Source: Hormiphora californensis
Taxonomy: Eukaryota > Animalia > Ctenophora
Direction of reading: 5' to 3'
Length of the DNA: 64,000 bases
NCBI GenBank assembly: GCA_020137815.1
Contig: CM035359.1
Span: 7,440,001 to 7,504,000 of the forward strand
The notes beneath the pieces were generated by a model, which searched no databases, was not told the origin of the DNA, and saw only the letters and a list, made by a program, of their open reading frames with translations. Shown piece by piece: positions 47,701-64,000 of the stretch (the first letter of the stretch is position 1; each line of letters starts with the position of its first letter). Position numbers and translations under genes: made by a program.

Positions 47701-50700
47701 CAGGCCGAGCAATATACAAGACAGTTATGATTATGGCATAGAAAGACATGGCCAAACCTTTTGCATTACAAAGGGGAATGAGGAAGAGGATGTCGAGACA
47801 CCCAATGATGTTCACAGCACAGATGTGTAGATAGAGGGTCGAGATGATAGGGAGGTCAGTCCACCGGCGACATCGGGCAAAGATCGTCACCACCAGAAGT
47901 AGGTTACTTATCAGCCCCAGGACACGCATCGTTATGGTTAGGGGTTCGAGAGCATACCGAGCAAAGTCGCTTCCCGAAGATGTTACTGTTTCTGGATCAG
48001 ACATGTCGCAAAGTTATTGTCCATGTTGAGGAACACTGGGAGCAGACTTTAGAAGTTGCTGCATGCACTAACGACGACCAAGAGGAAATGAAACGTTTAA
48101 TCTCTCGTGAGTATATAATAGGCAACTGACGCTCAATAGTCTCTCCGTTCCTTCTCAGTTACAAGTTTCAACATTTATAAACAAGGCACGATGCATTGCT
48201 GGTAATACTCGCCGTTCCTTCTCAGATACAAGTTTCAACATTTATAAACAAGGCACGATGCATTGCTGGTAATACTCGCCGTTCCTTCTCAGATACAAGT
48301 TTCAACATTTCTTATAAACAAGGCACGATGCATTGCTGGTAATACTCGCCGTTCCTTCTCAGATACAAGTTTCAACATTTATAAACAAGGCACGATGCAT
48401 TGCTGGTAATACTCGCCGTTCCTTCTCAGATACAAAATTCAACATTTCTTATAAACAAGGCACGATAGTTCTTTAGGGTACCACACCCGACACTCGAAGA
48501 AGATTATGACGATATTTATTGTCCCGGCGAGAAGGGGCGGTACTGTGCCGCCCCTTCTCAGTAACAGATTTCACCAAAAATATCCGACAGAAAACAGATA
48601 CAAATTTAATTCTAGCGAAGAAATACAATAAGATTTTGCGTTGAAACTGTCGAGCAATTGTATTTTCACCAGGATCACCACTAATCAAGTAGCAATTGTA
48701 CTTGTTCTATCCTTTAGTCTAGTGGAAACCTGCATAAAAAGGGGGTGAACGTGGAACAAAAAAAGGTAAAAGCAATCTCTTCACCAAAAAATCACAAAAA
48801 ATACCCTGAGTCACCAAAAAAAAGTTTAAAGCTCTAAGTGTGGGGGAAAGTCCCTTAATTGGGCGTAATTGGTCTTTAATAGGGGGGTTCCATATCTTGG
48901 CTCGGGAGTATCCTAGAGATCTAATTTTGACCCTATCTGATGCAGAATGTGCGACTTTTGGGGGGTCGAAGAGAGGTGAAAAGTCTCTATCTCGCTTACT
49001 TTTGCCGTAATTGGGCATAATTGGTCTTAATTGGGTAGCTCTGTAACTTGCCTTAGAATTGGAGTAGAGGGGCTCATAGGGGCACTAAACTGTGTGCCTT
49101 TCACGGGTTTTTATGTTTGAACACAAAATTTAGTATCAAACTTTCTTAATTAATGCGTTAATTGGATAATTATATCAATTAAATCGTGTAAAATGACAAG
49201 ACATGAGTAGAGGGGCAAATGGGGGCACTACAATGTGTCCCTTTCAAGGGTTTTAATGTTTTAACACAAAATTAAGTGTTATACTCTCTTAATTAATGCG
49301 TTAATTGGATAATTAATTATGTTAATTAAATCATGTAATAGGCCAAGAAATGAGCAGAGGGGCGAATGGGGGCACTACAATGTGTCCTTTTCACGGGTTT
49401 TTATGTTTGAACACATAATTAAGTATCATACTCCTTTAATTAATTCGTTAATTGGTCAATTATATCAATTAAATCGTGTCAGAAGGCATATTTTGTACTG
49501 TAGACTCCTTTTCCGGCTCATCTTATAGCCAATACGAGTACCACAGAGGTATAAAACCTATTCTATATACATTTTGGACTCTACTAAATGCCTCTCAGAC
49601 CCTACTAGATTACTTAGATACTGCTCAGACCCCTTCAAGATACCTCTCAGACCCATTTAGATACCCCTAAAACCCTAGAAGATGCTCCTTAAACCCCTCT
49701 TGTTATCGATTATGCCCTGCTTGATATCAATTAGACCCTACTAGATACTCCCTATATCCTGCTAGATACCCCTAAAACACATCAAAATACCTCTAAATCC
49801 CTACCAGGTATCCCTCAGACCCTACTAGGTATCCCTAATTACCAGCTAGATACCACGAAAACCCATCTAGATACCCCTAAAACCAGATAGAGACCCCTGG
49901 CCCTTGGGGCTCATAGAAGAACTTAGATTCCCGTAGAAGCCCCTACAGGCCCCCTAGACTTCCCCTTGACTTCCCTAAAGGCCTTAGATGCTCCTAGAGG
50001 CCCATATAGGTACCTAAAGTAATAGGCCAAGAAATGAGTAGAGGGGCGAATGGGGGCACTACAATGTGTCCTTTTCACGGGTTTTTATGTTTGAACACAT
50101 AATTAAGTATCATACTCCTTTAATTAATTCGTTAATTGGTCAATTATATCAATTAAATCGTGTCAGAAGGCATATTTTGTACTGTAGACTCCTTTTCCGG
50201 CTCATCTTATAGCCAATACGAGTACCACAGAGGTATGAAACCTATTCTATATACATTTTGGACTCTACTAAATGCCTCTCAGACCCTACTAGATTACTTA
50301 GATACTGCTCAGACCCCTTCAAGATACCTCTCAGACCCATTTAGATACCCCTAAAACCCTAGAAGATGCTCCTTAAACCCCTCTTGTTATCGATTATGCC
50401 CTGCTTGATATCAATTAGACCCTACTAGATACTCCCTATATCCTGCTAGATACTCCTAAAACACATCAAAATACCTCTAAATCCCTACCAGGTATCCCTC
50501 AGACCCTACTAGGTATCCCTAAGAACCTGCTAGATACCCCTAAAACCAGATAGAGACCCCTGAAGGCCTTAAAGGCTCCATAAATGCCCCTAAAGGCCCC
50601 TTGAGGTCCCTAAAGGCCCGTATAGGAACCTATAATCCTCTAGAGGACCGTTAGGGGCCTCCAGAGACCTCATAAAGACCTAGAGTCTCTCTACAGTGAC

Positions 50701-53700
50701 TCTAGGAGACCCAAAGTTCCTATACAAGGCTCTCTGAGGGCTTCTTCGGGGCTCGAGGAGCCTCTAAAGGCCTTTAGGGGACCCAATGGTCATATAGTGG
50801 ACTCTATGAGACTTTAGGTACCTATATGGGCCTCTAGGAGCATCTAAGGCCTTTAGGGAAGTCAAGGGGAAGTCTAGGGGGCCTGTAGGGGCTTCTACGG
50901 GAATCTAAGTTCTTCTATGAGCCCCAAGGGCCAGGGGTCTCTATCTGGTTTTAGGGGTATCTAGATGGGTTTTCGTGGTATCTAGCTGGTAATTAGGGAT
51001 ACCTAGTAGGGTCTGAGGGATACCTGGTAGGGATTTAGAGGTATTTTGATGTGTTTTAGGGGTATCTAGCAGGATATAGGGAGTATCTAGTAGGGTCTAA
51101 TTGATATCAAGCAGGGCATAATCGATAACAAGAGGGGTTTAAGGAGCATCTTCTAGGGTTTTAGGGGTATCTAAATGGGTCTGAGAGGTATCTTGAAGGG
51201 GTCTGAGCAGTATCTAAGTAATCTAGTAGGGTCTGAGAGGCATTTAGTAGAGTCCAAAATGTATATAGAATAGGTTTTATACCTCTGTGGTACTCGTATT
51301 GGCTATAAGATGAGCCGGAAAAGGAGTCTACAGTACAAAATATGCCTTCTGACACGATTTAATTGATATAATTGACCAATTAACGAATTAATTAAAGGAG
51401 TATGATACTTAATTATGTGTTCAAACATAAAAACCCGTGAAAAGGACACATTGTAGTGCCCCCATTCGCCCCTCTGCTCATTTCTTGGCCTATTACATGA
51501 TTTAATTAACATAATTATCCAATTAACGCATTAATTAAGAGAGTATAACACTTAATTTTGTGTTAAAACATTAAAACCCTTGAAAGGGACACATTGTAGT
51601 GCCCCCATTTGCCCCTCTACTCATGTCTTGTCATTTTACACGATTTAATTGATATAATTATCCAATTAACGCATTAATTAAGAAAGTTTGATACTAAATT
51701 TTGTGTTCAAACATAAAAACCCGTGAAAGGCACACAGTTTAGTGCCCCTATGAGCCCCTCTACTCCAATTCTAAGGCAAGTTACAGAGCTACCCAATTAA
51801 GACCAATTATGCCCAATTACGGCAAAATTAAGCGAGTTAGAGACTTTTCACCTCTCTTCGACCCCCCAAAAGTCGCACATTCTGCATCAGATAGGGTCAA
51901 AATCAGATCTCTAGGATACTCCCGAGCCAAGATATGGAACCCCCCTATTAAAGACCAATTAAGCCCAATTAAGGGACTTTCCCCCACACTTAGAGCTTTA
52001 AACTTTTTTTTGGTGACTCAGGGTATTTTTTATGATTTTTTGGTGAAGAGATTGCTTTTACCTTTTTTTGTTCCACGTTCGATGCAGGTTTCCACTAGAC
52101 TACACACCGCATTCTATCCCTCGCTCACACCGCATTCTATCTCTCCCTCACACCGCATTCTATCTCTCCCACCAGACCGGATTCTATCCCTCCCTCACAC
52201 TGGATTCTATCCAGTATCCCTCCCTCACACCGCATTCTATCTCTCCCACCAGACCGGATTGCTGCTGTTGTCTCGGGTTCGAGGAGGATATGGAGGTACA
52301 CTCAGAACGGGGCCCAGTCCGGTATTTCATACAAAACATACTGGCGGACATGCTGTTTAGCCCATCAAGACTGGTATGTGATATATGTAATGCTGTTTAG
52401 CCCATCAAGACTGGTATGTGATATATGTAATGCTGTTCAGCCCCTGATCAAGACTGGTATGTGATATATGTAATCAATAGATACTACCCCCCTCCCCCTA
52501 AAGGGCAATCAAGAGATACTACCCCCCTCCTAATATAATCAATAGATACTACCCCCTAAAGGGCAATCAAGAGATACTATCCCCCCTCCTATACAGATCA
52601 GACCAGTGATTGTATCTCTCTTCCTGCTCCTCACCCTGACCTCTCTGGTGCTGTTACCCCACGCTACCATTGGACTGGATGAATCACTAGCCCTCCCTTC
52701 TGATTCTCACATTGTTCACTATTTCCACGATGTCTTCAAATATCTGAGGATAGGGCCAGAAATTGACTTCGTGTTCGTGTGAGTTCAAACCTTTATTTAC
52801 CAGGTTTTTGCAGGATATAAATCAAGGTGTACAGTATCTACAGTATCGAATCTTTGATATATATACCGAAATGAAATAATAATGTATATCCTGATTCAGG
52901 AACTAACTTTTTAAATTATCTTCCTTTAAACTAATCTGCTGACAAACCCTTGTAGAAGTAAGGATGATGGTGGATCATTGAATGTGTTTGATGAACATAC
53001 ATACGATGCTCTAGTGGATTCTGATAACTCACTTTACAGCATCATGGAGAAGTAAGTTACCAGGACATTGTCACCATAGCAACAGGGAACATTCATAGTC
53101 ACCATACAACAGGGAACATTCACATCACCATAGCAACATGGAACATTTATATTTACCATAGCAACAAAAGGGAACATTTACAGTTACCATGGCAACAATA
53201 GGGAACATTTATCCAACCTACCAATCATAGAAAGTACAGGAATTTCACGTGAATTCAATAGCGTTAATTTAAAGTTAACTAATTTATTAAGGTACTCGAA
53301 GGACCCAGCGAAAAAGTACATTATAGGAGGGGCCGGTTCTTGGCTGAGAGTATTTAAACATGATTGGGTAAAAAGTGAAATATGCTGCTCCACTCCAAGA
53401 GATGACACGTAAGTTGAAATAAAAAGTAGCAAGAATTCCACCTTTAACGTACGTGACACACCCCAGTATACTTCCATATATGGGCATATGACACACACAC
53501 TTCTACTTCAGGGACTCCTTCTGTTCCTCACTGAACGAGAGCTCTGCGTGTGATAACACAGTGGGGTGTTCAGCAACTGGGGATGAGAGAATGTACCAGT
53601 ATCTGGGATGGTACCTTTCTGATATACCTGATACTACAGGAAACCTAGAAAAGTAAGGGCAACCATGAGGGCGCATCTAACTCTACCCCGCTCTTATTAT

Positions 53701-55248
53701 TCAAGTATTACTCCTGCTCAACAACTACCCCTTCAGGTGCTCAAAAGGTGGTAAAGCAGAGTTTGGCTCAGCAGCAGATATCTCCCCGGACGGTTACTCT
53801 ATTACAGCGGGGTATTTCAAGCTGAACCACCCCGCTCTCTCCGGCTCAACCGACTTCATCGCCTCCCGACTTGAGGCACTTGAACTAGCCGAGGAGTTCA
53901 ACTCGCAACACTCTACCATCAAAGTCTTCCCCTACTCCTACGCCTACCACTTCTACGAACAGTACGACACGATAGTCCGCGAGACGGCAATGAATCTCTC
54001 TATCTGTATCTTTGCAACATTCCTTGTCAGTCTGGTCATGTTAGGATTCCAGTTGATCCCTGCATTGGTTGTCCTGGTTACAGTCTCCATGGTAACCATT
54101 GACATGTTGGGAGTCATGGTGGTGTGGGGCATTGAACTGAACGCTATATCTCTTGTTAACCTCATCATGTCAGTGGGGATTGCTGTCGAGTTTAGTGCAC
54201 ATATTGTTAAGAGCTACGCAGCATGCCCCGCCCGGAACAACTTTGTGAGGGCAAGACACGCCCTGGTAACTACGGGACCCAGCGTGTTCAGTGGCATTAC
54301 CCTGACCAAGTTTGTAGGGATTGTAGTGCTGGCATTTGCGAAAAGTAAACTATTTGAGGTGTTCTATTTCCGGATGTTCCTGAGTGTGATTGTGCTGGGT
54401 GTTCTTCATTCTCTTATATTCCTACCAGCTCTACTTGCAATGTAGAGAGATACTTGGACTTAGGAAATTTAGAGAGAATGAGACAATGAACCTGTCATAA
54501 AGTGAGCCCAGACCCGGACAGTGGTTATAATATTTGGTCGAGTATCAGCCCCCAATTGATTGTCTCACAAAATACTGCCCCGAGAGGAACAGTTTGCGAC
54601 GTTACAATCACGTAGTATCAACCCCTGGTTACGCAACCGTCCCGTGAGATACAGTCTACAGACTGTAAATGTTAACCAGTAGTTTTTATTCTGAATAATA
54701 ATTTGTAGATAGCAAAGTATGTAGTTTAATTTAAATTTACCGACTATAAATTTTTGTTTATATCTCTTATTTTCAACCAATCCCAACGGACACCCCCCCA
54801 CCCAGTTACTCATGCCATCCAAGTTAGCCATCCCACTCCCAATAATAATGAATGGCCCTTCACCCTGCTCCAGAACAGTATGTATGGTATTCATTATACA
54901 TAGCATACTGTATAAGAATGTACTTACTCTTCAAAGAGGCGTGTCTGTATCCCAGTGCAGCTCAGGTGAGACAGAGCGACCGCTGAAACATTATAAAGCA
55001 ACAATAAATACAGAGACGTTATAAAGCAACAATAGATGTCAGGCCAATAGTCTGACCACAGTTCTCGCGCACTCAGGTAAGGTCCGTCGGAAAGGCAGAC
55101 AAACAGACAAATGTAGAGATAGATTGAGGGATTATATCTTACCTTTAACATCCAGCATTGTAACGTATTTGGGGAGGTTCGAGTACTTAGAACGATAGCT
55201 ATTAGTATTGAGGGTCACTGGGCCACCCGTGAACAGAGGCGTCATCCT

Positions 55249-55279
<31 letters not shown>

Positions 55280-55804
55280 GGGGTCAAATAAGAGAGAGAG
55301 AGAGATAGGGGGTCAAATATAATTAGTAACGAAACAACCAGTCAGGGGTGCAAAATATACTAGCTGGAAAAGATAGGAGGAGCTTCAAAAAACTAGCTGC
55401 AGAGAAATAGTCTGTTACTCTCTGATGTATATTATTTAGTCGTGTGTATAAATTCTCTCACCTTTCTTTTTCCCGTTTCTGAGGCGGGGCTGGAGGTGGC
55501 GGGGGCTTGTTGGTTCTTCTGTTTTGTTGGCGGGATTCAAATCCTCCAAAGCCCGTCACACCACTGAAAACAATAGTTCTGGGTCAAACAAGAAAGAAAT
55601 TGTGTATCAAATAGAATGGGAATTCTGCCCCGAATTCTGCGTCAAGAACTACAATTAACAGTTTGACCGTTGGCAATTCTGTGTCAACAGAGAACCATAC
55701 AATCAACGTACCCGACAGGTTCGAGGGTGTTTGAATCATCTCTCCAGATAAACTTAGTTCCCACCCACTGTCTGAGGTAGACGCTGCTGTGGTTGCAATG
55801 CCAT
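26885..55804 (-). CDS. PPP1R36: Protein phosphatase 1 regulatory subunit 36; four 5' exons at 55804-54928 and 3' exons at 28540-26885, separated by a ~26-kb interval
   Basis: 5' exons give [12 protein letters not shown] and [15 protein letters not shown]. 3' exons give [39 protein letters not shown] and IGIIG. These are motifs I recognise from PPP1R36. The phase-2 donor at 54927 fits the phase-2 acceptor at 28541. One frameshift in exon 1. Confidence 0.8.
30731..54445 (+). CDS. NPC1: NPC1/NPC1L1-like sterol transporter with six tandem N-terminal domains
   Basis: Signal peptide and six Cys-patterned NTDs, then TM1, ITYDPVELW, sterol-sensing domain ([34 protein letters not shown]), [50 protein letters not shown] and [28 protein letters not shown]. 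About five single-base frameshifts in NTD exons. Confidence 0.93.
39858..40490 (+). repeat. 21-bp minisatellite (~30 copies) filling an NPC1 intron, each unit carrying AG|GTAACC
   Basis: Unit ctctaggtaaccatagcaacc. The last copy supplies the real acceptor (ctctAG|GTAACCTGG, giving VTWAV). Confidence 0.95.
41082..42020. mobile_element. Near-perfect palindromic (foldback) element, ~450-bp arms with a 37-bp spacer
   Basis: 41082-41532 is the reverse complement of 41570-42020. TAG...CTA termini with tat on both flanks; a TA TSD is an alternative reading. Confidence 0.92.
42595..43558 (+). repeat. 65-72-bp tandem array (14 copies) of an NPC1 acceptor plus ~51 nt of exon
   Basis: Unit cccAG|GAGAGCACAACAAGACCCACCCTGTCAACAACTGTGTCGTTATGTCACCCT. 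Only the last copy continues into FQWDFT and a donor. Confidence 0.95.
43957..44187 (+). repeat. 20-bp minisatellite (~11 copies) beginning at a donor site
   Basis: Unit gtgagtagtgacgtca(t/c)agt. Confidence 0.9.
45636..46511 (+). repeat. 39-bp minisatellite (~22 copies) of an NPC1 exon end plus donor
   Basis: Unit ATCCTGACTTGGGATACACGCCGGGAAATAGATCACAG|gta. The first copy encodes [12 protein letters not shown]. Confidence 0.95.
46749..48004 (-). CDS. Intronless rhodopsin-like 7TM receptor (frameshifted or pseudogene) nested antisense in an NPC1 intron
   Basis: ORF 47255-48004 has about six hydrophobic segments with [33 protein letters not shown] and IWCIW. ORF 46749-47054, in another frame, supplies a TM7/helix-8-like end ([12 protein letters not shown]). 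Confidence 0.65.
48144..48467. repeat. ~67-bp tandem repeat (~4.7 copies) upstream of the nested GPCR
   Basis: Unit ccgttccttctcagatacaagtttcaacatttataaacaaggcacgatgcattgctggtaatactcg. Confidence 0.9.
48715..52102. mobile_element. 3.4-kb non-coding foldback element with ~1.3-kb modular inverted arms
   Basis: Termini tagtctagtggaaacctgcat ... atgcaggtttccactagacta. ~48715-50019 mirrors ~50810-52102. An internal direct duplicate lies at ~50020-50560. No transposase ORF. Confidence 0.92.
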
Positions 55805-56165
55805 GCTACATAAACATAGTGTTCAATTAGGGGGATGGCAACAATTTAGAGCGGTTTAAGAAGGTGGAGGAATTAGGTAGAATTTGGCAACAATTGGTTT
55901 GACTATTGTCACGGAGAGAGGCGCCAGAAAGAGGAGGGGATCAAAGTGCGCGGCGCAAGAGTAAAACAATATGTACTTTCAATAAAATTGCGCACCAGCG
56001 CGTCACTCAAAAACACCCCATACCACACATGGAGGAATTTTCAACACAACTCTACTTTTCGTCAACTCTACTTTTCGTCAAAATAAAAAGTTGTTCATTC
56101 AATGTTGAATGAGGCACGTCGTCAATAATAAAATAGTGTTTAAGTCAGATAAATCATCGTCCAGA

Positions 56166-64000
<7,835 letters not shown>

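Noticed and set aside
48144-48467. Tandem repeat containing agtttcaacatttataaacaa as an SL RNA gene array
   Set aside because: Only loose similarity. It lacks the AATTAATTTGAG|GT exon end and an evident Sm site.

Overview
Intron-rich animal genomic DNA, most likely from a cydippid ctenophore: a 38-nt match to the ctenophore spliced leader as I recall it occurs at 4742-4779. From left to right: an LRR-like gene split by a three-layer transposon nest (TIR element > inverted MITE dimer > intact CR1-group LINE whose 5' end is the spliced leader); ubinuclein (+); a small unknown 4-exon gene (+); a secreted Ig/TSP1-repeat protein (-); PPP1R36 (-); and the 3' part of CTR9 (-). A ~26-kb PPP1R36 intron contains a whole NPC1-like gene (+) with six tandem N-terminal sterol-binding domains. 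One NPC1 intron in turn contains an antisense GPCR-like gene and a 3.4-kb foldback element. Introns are full of palindromes and of minisatellites built from duplicated splice junctions. Several exons carry single-base frameshifts that are probably consensus errors. All gene models were spliced by eye, so boundaries are approximate.
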